DNA from: Candidatus Micrarchaeota archaeon
GTDB lineage: Archaea; Micrarchaeota; Micrarchaeia; Micrarchaeales; CABMGC01
Direction of reading: 5' to 3'
Assembly: GCA_021792095.1 (NCBI GenBank)
Contig: JAJYVH010000001.1
Location: 677,155 to 741,154 of the forward strand
Length of the DNA: 64,000 bases
The position numbers and the translations under genes were made by a program. The notes under the pieces are model-generated. The model made no database searches. It had not been told where the DNA came from and saw only the letters and a list, made by a program, of their open reading frames with translations. Positions 52,261 through 62,000 of this stretch are shown piece by piece (position 1 is the first letter of the stretch; each line of letters begins with the position of its first letter).

Positions 52261-54453
52261 TCAGTCCATGAAATCCTGCGGCTTCGGTGGCTCCTCCTTG
52301 AGGCCCTTCCTCTTCCTTATCTCCCTCACCACCTTCTCCTGCAGCTCCTTCGGCAGCTTCTCGTAGCCCGCGTACTCCGAGTACCATATGGCCCTGCCGG
52401 CCGTGGCGCTCCTCATCTCGTTCGAGAAGCCCCTTATCACCTCGGCCACAGGCATCTTCGCCACTATGGTCGCGGCCTCGCCTTCCTGCGACACCTCCTG
52501 CACCTGGCCCCTCCTCCCCTGCAGCAGCGTTATTATAGTAGACATGTACTCCTGCGGCACGTTCACCGTGAATATCTGCTTCGGCTCGAGCAGCTGCACT
52601 CCGGTGAGCAGCATGCCGGCCCATATGGGGCGTCTCATCGCCGGCATTATCTGCGCCGGGCCCCTGTGCACCGGATCCTCGTGTATCGTCGCGTCGTTGA
52701 TCAGCACCTTGATGCCGTAGCACTTCTCCTTGGCTAAGGGCCCTTCGCGCACAGCCTCCTCGAAGCCGTCTATCAGCAGCTCCTCCACCTCGTTGAGGTA
52801 CTGCACCCCGTGCGTGGCGTCTATCAGCACGCTGGCCGTGGCCACGTCCCATACGCCCCTGGCCTCCTCCCTCGGCATGCCGGCCTCGACGAGAGGCTCC
52901 AGGTACTGCTTGCCCTTTGGCGTGCCCTCCTTGATCGACCCGTTCTCTATCAGCTCCAGCACCCCCTTCTCGAGCGGCATTATCGTTACCTCGAACTTGC
53001 TGTGCCTGTTCGGCGTCTTGCCCTCTATCTCCTCGGTCTTGCCCTCTATCGTCTCCTTGTAGAGCACGATCGGGTCGCTCGTTATTATCGGTATCTTGAA
53101 CTCGTCGCGTATCTTGGTCTCGACTATCTCCAGGTGCAGCTCCCCGTTGCCGCTCACCAGGTGCTCGCCAGTCTCCTGGTTCAGGCTCACCACCAGCCCG
53201 GGGTCGATCTTCGAGAGCTCCCTGAGCGCCTCTATGAGCTTCAGCGTGTCCTTGGACTCCTTCGCGTCTATTGTCTTGGTGACGACAGGTTTTGCGTAGT
53301 GCGTTATCTGCTCGAAAGGCAGTATGCTGCCCTCGCTGAGCGTGTCGCCTATCATCAGGTCCTTTATGCCCACTATGGCAGCTATGTTGCCCGCCGCGAC
53401 CTCGTCTATCTGCACGCGGTCGTTGCTCATGTACAGGCCCACCTGCTGTATCTTCTCCTGGTCGGGCCTGCCTGAAACGTAGACCATCGTGCCCTTCCTT
53501 ATGGTGCCCGAGAACACCCTGCCTATCGCCACCTCGCCGCCGTGCGGGTCGTAGCTTATGCCTATGACCACTATGTTCGCCTTCGCGTTGGTAGCCACGT
53601 CGCGCATCGCCCTGCCATCCTCGCTCTCCATGTCGCCCTTCCAGAGGTGGGGTATCCTGTAGGGCTGCGCCACCTTCGGGCTCGGGAGGTGCTCTATTAT
53701 CATAGTGAGTGTCGCCTCGTCTATGGGCGCCACTTCCTGCAGCTTCGTTATGTCATTAGCTTCGGTCAGCGCGTATATGTCCTTGAACGTGATCTTGTAG
53801 TTGTCCATTATGCGCTTCGATATGGCCCAGCGCTCCTGGGCGCTGCCTATGCAGACGCTGCCGTCCTCTACGCTGACCTTCCACTTGCCCGAGAACTCCT
53901 CGGGCGCATAGTTGGCAATCAGCTTGTTGACCTCGTTTATGAGCTTGAGCAGCCTCTCGAACGTCTGCTGCGGGTCGAGCTTCAGCTCTGTGAGCAGCCT
54001 GTCGACCTTGTTTATGAAGAGCACCGGCTTCGCCCTCTCCTTCATCGCCTGCCTGACCACTGTCTCAGTCTGCGGCATTATGCCCTCGAGAGCGTCCACG
54101 ACGACAACGACGCCGTCGACTGCGCGCATCGCCCTGGTCACGTGGAAGCCGAAGTCGACGTGCCCGGGCGTGTCTATGAGGTTGATTATGTACTCCTTGC
54201 CCTGGTAGTCGAACGCCAGCGATATGTTCGCCGACTTTATGGTCATCTTCCTGTCCTTCTCTATGGCCTCGTAGTTTGTGTAAAGCACCTCGCCCGCCAC
54301 CTGCTTGGATATTATGCCCGCCTTTGCGAGCAGCGAGTCGGTGAGCGTGGTCTTCCCGTGGTGGACGTGCGCCACTATGGCCACGTTCCTTATCTGGTCC
54401 ACGTTCCTCATTATCCTTGCTACTTCCTCAGCTACGAGCTCCTTCCTTACCAT
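52261..54453 (-). CDS. fusA: elongation factor 2 (aEF-2)
   Basis: G1 AIVAHVHHGKTTLTDSLL, G3 DTPGHVDF and the diphthamide-loop HEDPVHRGPAQ. Length is 730 aa. Confidence 0.95.
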   Translation of the reverse strand: MVRKELVAEEVARIMRNVDQIRNVAIVAHVHHGKTTLTDSLLAKAGIISKQVAGEVLYTNYEAIEKDRKMTIKSANISLAFDYQGKEYIINLIDTPGHVDFGFHVTRAMRAVDGVVVVVDALEGIMPQTETVVRQAMKERAKPVLFINKVDRLLTELKLDPQQTFERLLKLINEVNKLIANYAPEEFSGKWKVSVEDGSVCIGSAQERWAISKRIMDNYKITFKDIYALTEANDITKLQEVAPIDEATLTMIIEHLPSPKVAQPYRIPHLWKGDMESEDGRAMRDVATNAKANIVVIGISYDPHGGEVAIGRVFSGTIRKGTMVYVSGRPDQEKIQQVGLYMSNDRVQIDEVAAGNIAAIVGIKDLMIGDTLSEGSILPFEQITHYAKPVVTKTIDAKESKDTLKLIEALRELSKIDPGLVVSLNQETGEHLVSGNGELHLEIVETKIRDEFKIPIITSDPIVLYKETIEGKTEEIEGKTPNRHSKFEVTIMPLEKGVLELIENGSIKEGTPKGKQYLEPLVEAGMPREEARGVWDVATASVLIDATHGVQYLNEVEELLIDGFEEAVREGPLAKEKCYGIKVLINDATIHEDPVHRGPAQIMPAMRRPIWAGMLLTGVQLLEPKQIFTVNVPQEYMSTIITLLQGRRGQVQEVSQEGEAATIVAKMPVAEVIRGFSNEMRSATAGRAIWYSEYAGYEKLPKELQEKVVREIRKRKGLKEEPPKPQDFMD

Positions 54454-54458
54454 AAGGA

Positions 54459-55226
54459 CTACCTTGCGCTCCTTGCTATGCGCTCGGCCTCCACGCGCCT
54501 CTTTATAGCGTAGCTGCTCGCATCCTTGTTGGCCGCGAGCATGAGTTCGTCGGCGAGCGCGTCGGAGAGGCTCTTCCTGCTCTTGAACGCGCTTATCAGC
54601 GCCGCCAGAGCCACGTTGCGCAGCGCAACGTCGAGGCGCCTCGCGGCGCTTATGCCTACGGCGACGTTGTAGTTGATGCCCCCGTACCTTATCCTAGTAG
54701 TGTCCTCTATCGGCGCCGCGTTCTCCAGGGCGTCTACGAGCACCTGCAGCGGGTTCTTGCCGGTGCGCCTGCTTATGTCCTCGAAAGCACGCTCGACCAC
54801 GTGCATGAGCTTGAGTTTCTTGCCCTGCAGCGCGCCCTTGGTCCTTATCACCCTGCCGCCTATCTTGGCGCCGGTGCCTCCGCGCATCATCTTGTTGATC
54901 AGGCGCTCCACTATGTTGGTGTGCGCCGCGTAGTATGTCCTGTGCCTGCGCCTGCCGAACGTGTTAGGGTAGGCGCGCGGGGAGAGCGTTATGTAGTTGG
55001 CCAGGCTCGGGTCGTCGACAGTCACGCTCCCCGAGTCGTACTTGCCGAAGAAGAGCGGTGCGTGCATAGTGGCAGTGCCGGCGGGCTTCGCTGCACCCCT
55101 GGAGCTCCTCCTTGCGGCGGCCCTCGCCCTGGGCGCCTGCTCCTGCTTCGGCGCATCTGGCGCAGCCTCCTGCTTCACTGCATTCCCATGCGCTCCAGTC
55201 TCGCTGTAGTTAGCGTCCTCGGCCAT
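54459..55226 (-). CDS. rps7: ribosomal protein S7 (uS7) with N-terminal low-complexity extension
   Basis: The core is NIVERLINKMMRGG...GKKLKLMHVVERAFE...YAIKRRVEAERIA. The first ~50 aa are A/P/K/Q/E/R-rich ([25 protein letters not shown]). Confidence 0.85.
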   Translation of the reverse strand: MAEDANYSETGAHGNAVKQEAAPDAPKQEQAPRARAAARRSSRGAAKPAGTATMHAPLFFGKYDSGSVTVDDPSLANYITLSPRAYPNTFGRRRHRTYYAAHTNIVERLINKMMRGGTGAKIGGRVIRTKGALQGKKLKLMHVVERAFEDISRRTGKNPLQVLVDALENAAPIEDTTRIRYGGINYNVAVGISAARRLDVALRNVALAALISAFKSRKSLSDALADELMLAANKDASSYAIKRRVEAERIARSAR

Positions 55227-55230
55227 ACGA

Positions 55231-55659
55231 TCATCTCTTGGGCTTCTCCATCTTGCCCTTCACTATCTGGTACAGGTCCGCCCCGTTGAGGCCTATGACC
55301 CTGTACTTCAGCCCCGCTATGCTTCCCATCTGGCCTCTCTGCGACCCGCCCATTCCCTGTATCATTACCTCGTCGTGCTCCTCTATGAAGTTTATGGCGC
55401 CGTCGTAGGGCACGTAGGCGCCCACGACCTTGCTGTTCCTCACCAGCTGCACCCTCACGCACTTTATCAGCCCAGAGTGCGGCTGCTTCTGCTGGAGCAC
55501 GAATTTCTGCAGCACTATGGCGCGGGCCATGGGCACTGTGCCCACAGGGTCGTACTTCTGCTTCAGCTTGAAGTACTTCCTCTTCCACCACTTCTTCAGC
55601 AGGCGCTCGCGCTTGCGCTTCTTCACGAGCTTCAACGCAGCGAATTCGCCCTTTGCCAT
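55231..55659 (-). CDS. rps12: ribosomal protein S12 (uS12)
   Basis: PMARAIVLQKFVLQQKQPHSGLIKCVRVQL...VPYDGAINFIEEHDEVMIQG is the typical archaeal S12. Confidence 0.9.
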   Translation of the reverse strand: MAKGEFAALKLVKKRKRERLLKKWWKRKYFKLKQKYDPVGTVPMARAIVLQKFVLQQKQPHSGLIKCVRVQLVRNSKVVGAYVPYDGAINFIEEHDEVMIQGMGGSQRGQMGSIAGLKYRVIGLNGADLYQIVKGKMEKPKR

Positions 55660-55663
55660 AGCA

Positions 55664-55969
55664 TCATCCCTTGTACTCGTTCTCCAGTATCTTGGAGTTC
55701 CCTGCGTCTATGACGGCAAGGCTGCTCACCGAGTGCGGCTTCCCGCACACAGTGCCTAGCTCCATCGAGTTGCCCTTGAACTTCATCAGCCTTATGCCAG
55801 CGACAGCGCAGGCGTGCTCTATGTCGGCGCTGGAGCCGCTCCTGCCTACCTCGCTGACTATGACGAGCTTGGCCGTGTTGCCGCTTATGGCGCGCATGCT
55901 CTCCCCTGCGCCCAGCGCCACCTTGCCTGTGCCTATAGCGAGCCTTATGTCGCTGTTCAAATCAGCCAT
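55664..55969 (-). CDS. rpl30e: ribosomal protein L30e
   Basis: IRLAIGTGKVALGAGESMRAI...AKLVIVSE...GNSMELGTVCGKPHSVSSLAVIDAG is the L30e/L7Ae-fold core. Confidence 0.85.
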   Translation of the reverse strand: MADLNSDIRLAIGTGKVALGAGESMRAISGNTAKLVIVSEVGRSGSSADIEHACAVAGIRLMKFKGNSMELGTVCGKPHSVSSLAVIDAGNSKILENEYKG

Positions 55970-56091
55970 CTAATCTAGCCAGTGATGAAAAAGCGCTTTC
56001 CGAAGAAACCGCACATATAATGGCTGCGCTAAGGTATATAATAATGAGCCTGCCGCTGGCCGCTATCTGGCCTGCAGCCAGCGCGTGCCCG

Positions 56092-56655
56092 TCACTGTCT
56101 CTTGACGCCACGGCCCAACGGCTCCGCGGCCTGCCTTTGCGCGAAGGCGTGCGAATGCACGTGTTCCTTGACGGATTGCGGCAGTGCGTTCACGTAGGGC
56201 TCCAGTTCGGTAAGCACCTTCTTGTCGTGGATCTCGCCGGCGAGCAAGTCAAGCACACGGCCTGCCCTGCTGAATACAACGGCATGCTCGGGCGGCAACG
56301 GCATGGACAGCCTGATTAGTATATTCTTCATAGCGTGCATGTACAGCGCTTCGCTCCAGTCGCCTGCTATCCTGCGGTTCTCAGGCAGGCGAAGCTGCTC
56401 GTCAAATGCTGCTTTGAATTCAGCGAAGGCATCTTCCGTCGATTCGCCCGTCCGGTCTACAGAGAACACGCTCCTGAACAGATTGCCCTCGATTCCTGTC
56501 AGCCTCATCATCCTGTTGCGCGACTGGATGCCAGGGTCATCGGCCAGGTTGTGCACTGGCCTGAAGTGATGCTTTACTGTGTCTATGACAGTAGGCTCCT
56601 CTCCCTTAACAGGCTGCCCTATCGATTCGTGTTTCTTGACTACCATAGCCATCAC
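56092..56655 (-). CDS. orphan hypothetical protein 1 (helical)
   Basis: 187-aa ORF preceded by a TATA-containing 17-mer at 56676-56692. No recognisable motif. Confidence 0.5.
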   Translation of the reverse strand: MMAMVVKKHESIGQPVKGEEPTVIDTVKHHFRPVHNLADDPGIQSRNRMMRLTGIEGNLFRSVFSVDRTGESTEDAFAEFKAAFDEQLRLPENRRIAGDWSEALYMHAMKNILIRLSMPLPPEHAVVFSRAGRVLDLLAGEIHDKKVLTELEPYVNALPQSVKEHVHSHAFAQRQAAEPLGRGVKRQ

Positions 56656-56675
56656 ACAGGCTTTGCATCCGGGGG

Positions 56676-56692
56676 ATATATACTTTCGCTTA
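56676..56692 (-). promoter_or_regulatory. BRE/TATA promoter 17-mer (copy 1 of 2)
   Basis: The minus strand reads TAAGCGAAAGTATATAT. The TATA centre lies about 23-26 nt upstream of GTG 56655 / ATG 56652. An identical 17-mer is at 57273-57289. Confidence 0.55.
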
Positions 56693-57250
56693 TGCCCTCC
56701 CGGCGTTGAGGGAGCCCAGCATGCTGGATACAGCCTCGTCCACCTGGTACGGAAGCTGCAGCCTCTCCATCTTGTTCAAAGCGGCCAGCGCCTTGTTCTT
56801 ATCTGGCATAAGGGGCACCACACGGCATATCACCTTGCTTACTGGCTGCGCGTTCTGCTCCGACATCTTGTCCAAGAATTTGGTCAGGTAGTAGAACACC
56901 GCTTCGCCGAACGCTTGCCTGAAAACAGGGTCGTCCCGACCCTTAAGCGTCTCGTCAAGCATGCCGACTGCCTTCCCGGAGTCGTTGCCTTCCGGATCCA
57001 GCAGGCGCAGAATGGTAGCGTATGCGGCATCGCGCGCGGCGGTGGTTGTCTTGATCCACTCGCTGGCGTTGCTCCTGATCCTGTCCATCAACTCTTTCTT
57101 TTCCTCAAGGGTTGGCTTCTTTGATGACTTTAGTTCATCACCCATGCGCTCCAGGCTTTTCCAAGCCCCCTCGGCAGAGAGCATCCTGGTGCTGCAACCC
57201 ATCCACTCGTCTTTGGTTTTAGTTGGAATCGGCCTGCTCATGCTTGTCAC
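56690..57250 (-). CDS. orphan hypothetical protein 2 (helical)
   Basis: 186-aa ORF preceded by the same 17-mer at 57273-57289. No recognisable motif. Confidence 0.5.
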   Translation of the reverse strand: MTSMSRPIPTKTKDEWMGCSTRMLSAEGAWKSLERMGDELKSSKKPTLEEKKELMDRIRSNASEWIKTTTAARDAAYATILRLLDPEGNDSGKAVGMLDETLKGRDDPVFRQAFGEAVFYYLTKFLDKMSEQNAQPVSKVICRVVPLMPDKNKALAALNKMERLQLPYQVDEAVSSMLGSLNAGRA

Positions 57251-57272
57251 AATTGCCCTTTGCCTTAGTGAA

Positions 57273-57289
57273 ATATATACTTTCGCTTA
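57273..57289 (-). promoter_or_regulatory. BRE/TATA promoter 17-mer (copy 2 of 2)
   Basis: Identical to 56676-56692. It lies about 25-35 nt upstream of the GTG 57250 / ATG 57241 start candidates. Confidence 0.55.
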
Positions 57290-57324
57290 CTTCCGCTTGC
57301 TTGGCCTGCCCGGTCTGTTCCGGC

Positions 57325-57927
57325 CTACGCCTCTTCCGAGGGCAGCTGCTCCTCTCTCTCGCCGCCCTTCAGGTACGGTTTCCAGAAGCTGAAGCCCCCG
57401 TTCTCGGCATAGCTGGATATGCGGTAGCCTATGTATGCGCGAACCTCGCCGCTTACACTTATGTTGTTAAGCAGGCTGACAAAATGCGCCGCCAACGCGC
57501 CGCCTGCGCTGCCCTCGCTTATCGCTTCTCCGGCCAGGGCGATGGCCGCCTTGACCCGCTCCGACAGCACGCTGTTCTGCGGCATGGCGCCATAGCCCTT
57601 GACAACATCCGATATTATTCTCTTGCGGGTGTAATTGAAAGTTGACTTGTTCAAGTACGCAACCTGATAGTCCGCCTTATTGCTGAACGATTCGAAGAGC
57701 GCGTGCACGCTGCCTTTGCTGGAGTCCAGCACGTCGCGGACCAGCGCTTCCCGCATGGAGTCAAGCCTGGCATAAGACTCGGCCTCCATCTCCTTGCGCT
57801 CCCTGCGGTAGTCTTTTCCTGTTTCGCCCGGATCCCTCCTGGCTTCTCCCAATGGGCTCTTGAAGAGCCTTGTTCCCCCGTCCACCATGGGCCTATTTGG
57901 GCCGCCAGACAATATAAGCCTTCGCAT
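57325..57927 (-). CDS. orphan hypothetical protein 3
   Basis: 200-aa ORF starting 13 nt downstream of the signal peptidase stop. No recognisable motif. Confidence 0.45.
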   Translation of the reverse strand: MRRLILSGGPNRPMVDGGTRLFKSPLGEARRDPGETGKDYRRERKEMEAESYARLDSMREALVRDVLDSSKGSVHALFESFSNKADYQVAYLNKSTFNYTRKRIISDVVKGYGAMPQNSVLSERVKAAIALAGEAISEGSAGGALAAHFVSLLNNISVSGEVRAYIGYRISSYAENGGFSFWKPYLKGGEREEQLPSEEA

Positions 57928-57939
57928 AGGGTCTGGTGA

Positions 57940-58986
57940 CTAACGTGCAGACAGAGTGGTGTTGCAGCCAGCGGGAGTGGCTAGCTGGCCGCTCAGCAGC
58001 AGTTTGACGTAGCCCAGCGCGGGCACATCAGCGACAACGTAGCCCACGACGTCGCTCTGGTTTACAGGGTAGTTGCCGAACTCCATGTCCAGCGCCTGGT
58101 TGTTGTCACCTTTGGTCAGGAAGTAGTAGGTGCCGCTGACGTTAAGCGCCGCGTACACCCTGTGCACTATGTCGCCGCTGAACGCGTCGTCGCTCGTGGC
58201 CCTGTACACTATTATAGGGTTGCTGTAGTTCTCGGTTATGCTGGTCCCTGTTATGTTTATGCCGGATGTGTACAGCGCCTTGTACAAGTAGTTTTCGTAG
58301 GAGAGGTTGCCTAGCGAGTAGCTGTACCTTATGGACAGGCCCGCCTGGCCACCCACCCTGCAGTCGGCTATGTCGCTCGGCCTGCCGTAGTAGTCCGCGG
58401 CCGAGACGCAGACTGTGTTGTACAGGCCGACGTTGAAGGCGCTGCTGTTCTCGAGCACGTAGGTTATCCTGGATGCGTTGCCGTAGTATGCGAAGTATGC
58501 GAGGAACTCGCTCGACATGTTGCGCTGCATCGCGTCAAACGTAGCTGCGCTCATGCTCACTACCGGAATATGCTTCTGGGCCACGAAAGAGGAGAAATTG
58601 CTTATGCCGTGCAGCACCACGAGGTCGCCCCTGTGCATCGTCGGCAGCATGCTGCAGCTCGAGACTGCGTCGAGCGGCGCGGTGGTCTGGAGGAAGGCGG
58701 CGAGGAGCACCCACGCCACTATCGCAGCGCCTACCGCCATGCCTATGTCCAGCAGGCCCTTCCTCGCGCCCTCGTTGGCTATGCTGGCCTTTACCTCCAG
58801 CACGACAAGCGCTATTATGAGCAGCACAGCTGCCGCGCCTATCAGCACCGCGCCGTAGAGCGCGTAGAGCGCTATCAGCGCTATGAGCAGCGCGTAAAGC
58901 AGCCAGATGTAGGGCTCGCTCTTTCCCTTCTCTTTTTTTGCGGCCCCGGATCCCTGCCTCCCCTGCGCATTTTTTCTAGAGTTCAC
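57940..58986 (-). CDS. signal peptidase I (archaeal/ER-type S26B) with a large insertion
   Basis: The Ser box is SSCSMLPTMHRGDLVV, the His box GDIVHRVY and the third box LTKGDNN. About 130 sequon-rich residues are inserted between the Ser and His boxes. Confidence 0.8.
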   Translation of the reverse strand: MNSRKNAQGRQGSGAAKKEKGKSEPYIWLLYALLIALIALYALYGAVLIGAAAVLLIIALVVLEVKASIANEGARKGLLDIGMAVGAAIVAWVLLAAFLQTTAPLDAVSSCSMLPTMHRGDLVVLHGISNFSSFVAQKHIPVVSMSAATFDAMQRNMSSEFLAYFAYYGNASRITYVLENSSAFNVGLYNTVCVSAADYYGRPSDIADCRVGGQAGLSIRYSYSLGNLSYENYLYKALYTSGINITGTSITENYSNPIIVYRATSDDAFSGDIVHRVYAALNVSGTYYFLTKGDNNQALDMEFGNYPVNQSDVVGYVVADVPALGYVKLLLSGQLATPAGCNTTLSAR

Positions 58987-59010
58987 GCATTGACATCGAA
59001 TGCTGAATTA

Positions 59011-62000
59011 TTATTGCTTTCCTGCGTTGCCTGCCCTGGACACGTCCGTGACCTCGATGCCGTAGACCTTGGAGTCGCCGGCGCTCTTCGCCACGCCTAT
59101 CGCAGCGTCGGCGCTCACTATGAGCGTGTCGTTGTGGCTCACCACCACGAACTGAGCGTTGCTGCTCATCTGTTTTATGAGCTGCGACAGCCTCTTCGAG
59201 TTCTCCTTGTCGAGCGCAGTGTCTATCTCGTCGAAGAGGTATATGGACGAAGGCTTGCACATGTGTATCGAGAAGAGGAGCATCATCGAGAGCAGCGACT
59301 TCTGGCCGCCGCTCATGCCCCTCTGCCTGCCCACGAAGTTGTCGTCCTCTATGCTTATCGTCATGCCAGATTCCAGCGGGCTCTTCGGGTCCTCCAGCGC
59401 CAGCGTGGCCTTGCCCGGGTAGATGTAGTTGTAGAGCCTGCTGAAGTTCTTGTTGACCTCGTTGAACGTAGTCATGAACGCGTTCATCTTCTTGGCCTCT
59501 ATCTCCTCCATCATGGCGAGCACTGCGCGCCTCTCCGACTCCAGCGTGTCCAGCTTCTCCTTAGCCTCACGCACGCTCCTCGCCTTCTCCTCGTATGCCC
59601 CGGGCGCCTTGAGGTTCACGTTGCCCAGCGCCTCGACCTTCGCGGCCACCAGCGCCGCCTCCTTCTCCAGCTGCTCCGGGTCGCCCTCGACTATAGAGCA
59701 ATCCGAGCTAACGTACGCCGCCAGCTCAGCGGTCAGGTCGTTGAGCCTGGTCGAGTTCTGGCCCTGCTTGACCAGCAGCTCGCTCGACTTCTTCTCCTGC
59801 TCGCCGGCGAGGGCCTCGGCCGTAGCTGCCTTGCTCGCGAGCGCCTCCAGCTCCCTGCTTATAGCATCCTGCTTCTCCAGCGCCTGCTTGCTGCGCTTGC
59901 TGCTGCCCAGCATCTTCGCCTCTGCCTCCCTCTGCAGGACAAGCAGCTCCTCCTTCCTCTTGGCGTCCCTCTCCAGGCCGGCCTTCGCCTCCTCCAGCGC
60001 CTTGGCCTTGGCCTCCAGCTCCCTGCCCTTCTGCGCCATCGAAGCGGCCAGCATGTCGTTCTCCTTCTGCAGCCCGGCCACCTTCATGCTCGCCTCGCGC
60101 ATCTCGGCGTTCGCGCGCTCCAGCCTCTCGCGCTCGGCCTTGCCCATCCCGTTGCCCGCGAGTTCCGCGCTCTCGCGCATGCTCTCCTCATAGGCATCGG
60201 TGCGCTCCTTCCTGAACCCATCAAGCTCTCTGGATGCCGCGGCTATTGCATCCTGCGCCGCAGCCAGCTCCTTCGCCACTCTCGTCCTCTCGCCTGCTGC
60301 CGCGTCCAGCTCCGCCCTCAGCGCCTCCAGCTTCGCAGCCAGGACCTTGTGAGCAGAGCCGTGCTCGTCAGCAAGGGCCGAGTAAGAAGCAGACTGCATC
60401 TCAGCCTCAGCGGCGCCGCTCCTGAGCGTGAACAGGCTGCTGTCCATCTCCTTGGCGCGCGAGAAGAGCCTGCCCTTCTTCTCCTCCAGCTCCCTTATCC
60501 TCCTCTCTATGGAGCCGAGCGACGAAGGCCTGCTCCTGCTGCCGCCGGAGAGTATGCCGGAGCGCTCCACCAGCTCGCCCTGCGGCGTCACCCACCTGTG
60601 CGCGCCTATGCCTGCGCGCTTCGCCGCGTCTATGCTCTCCACAAGATAAGTGTTGTTGAATACGTAAGAGAAGACGCCGTCGAACCTGTCGTCGTAGTCC
60701 AGCAGGTCGGACACCAGCTGCAGCCCCTTTACCCCGTCCTCAGGCTCCGCACGGAGCTCGCGCAGGGGTATGAAGGTGGCCCTGCCCAGGTTGTTCACCC
60801 TCAGATACGAGATCATGTCCTTGGCAGCATCGACGGAATCCACCACAAAGTAGCCGAACCTCGAGCCCGCCGCCGCCTCGATGGCCTCGGCGTACTTGTC
60901 ATCGTAGCTGCAGAGCTCGGAGACCGCCCCGTAGAAACCCTTGGACTTGCCGAACGCGTCCCTGAGCCTGCCCTGCACCGCCTGCTCGCGCGGCCTGGAC
61001 ATTGCGCGCTGCTCCTTCAGGCCTATGAGCTCCGAGTCGATTGCGCTCAGCTCGCTGCGCAGCCTCTCCGACTCGCCGCTGGCCTCCTGCGCCTCCTTCG
61101 AGAGCTTCTGCTTGGCGGCTAGCGCCGACGCGGCCTTCGCCTTGGCCTCCTCGGCCTGCGCCATCTCGCCGGCCAGCCTGTCGTTCAGCTCGCGCAGCTC
61201 CTTGCCCATTGCATCGGCCTTTGCCCCGAGAAGCGCGGCCCGTGCCTGAAGACCGGCTGCGGCCTCACGCTTTGCGGCCAGAGCCTTCTCAATATCCATC
61301 ACAGTCCCGTCGAGTTCCCTGACGCGCCTGCCGATGTCCTCGCGCACCGGGGCTGACCTGGCGCCCAGCTTCTTCGCCTCAGCCTCCAGCTCGGCTAGCC
61401 TGCGCTTGTGCTCAAGTAGCGAACCGGAGTTCGCCTCTATCCGTTCCTGCATCGAGTCGAGCTCGGAGCGCACGGCTGCCATCTCCTCCCCCAGCTTCTT
61501 CGACGAACCCTGCCAGTTGCCTATCCTCACGTCCAGCGCGCTCAGCTCGTTGCCAATCTCAGCGAACTTCTTGCCCGTGCTGTCGGCTGCGTTGGAGTGC
61601 TCCGCGAGGAGCTGCAGTAGTTCCTTCCTCTCGCCCTCCAGCTTCTGCGTCTTGCCCGAAAGCTCCTTGAGCCTAGCCGATATCTCGGCCTTGCTGGCAT
61701 CGAGCGCCCCTATCTCCTTTACGTAGGAGGCGCCGGCGAGCTCAGCCGCCTTCTTCCTGCCCGCGAGCACGCTGTACTGCAGCGACGCCCGCCTCTTCGT
61801 GAGCTGCGCATAGCTCTCAGCGGCCGCCTTCTCCTTGGCGAGCTCGTTCAGGAACACTAGCCTCTCGTCGAGCATCGCCTGGGCCGCAGCCATGCGCGCC
61901 GCCACCTTGTCCAGTTCGGTCATGGCCTCGGTCTTCTTGGCGTCGAACTCCTGTATGCCGGCCGCCACGTCTATGAACTCCCTGCGCTGCTTGGCGTTGG

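Noticed and set aside
55982-55988. GTGATGA (C-box-like) suggesting a C/D box sRNA upstream of rpl30e
   Set aside because: No CTGA D box or C'/D' elements occur within 50-80 nt on either strand.
55993-56012. Hairpin GCGCTTTC-CGAA-GAAACCGC in the putative rpl30e leader (possible L30e autoregulatory site)
   Set aside because: Whether it is transcribed at all depends on which of two TATA-like boxes is used. It shows no kink-turn features. It is too speculative to report as a finding.
58570-61122. 850-aa ORF on the plus strand
   Set aside because: It is entirely antisense to the strongly supported smc gene. The product is Arg/Leu/Ala/Pro/His-rich with no motifs, a typical shadow ORF of GC-rich coding DNA.
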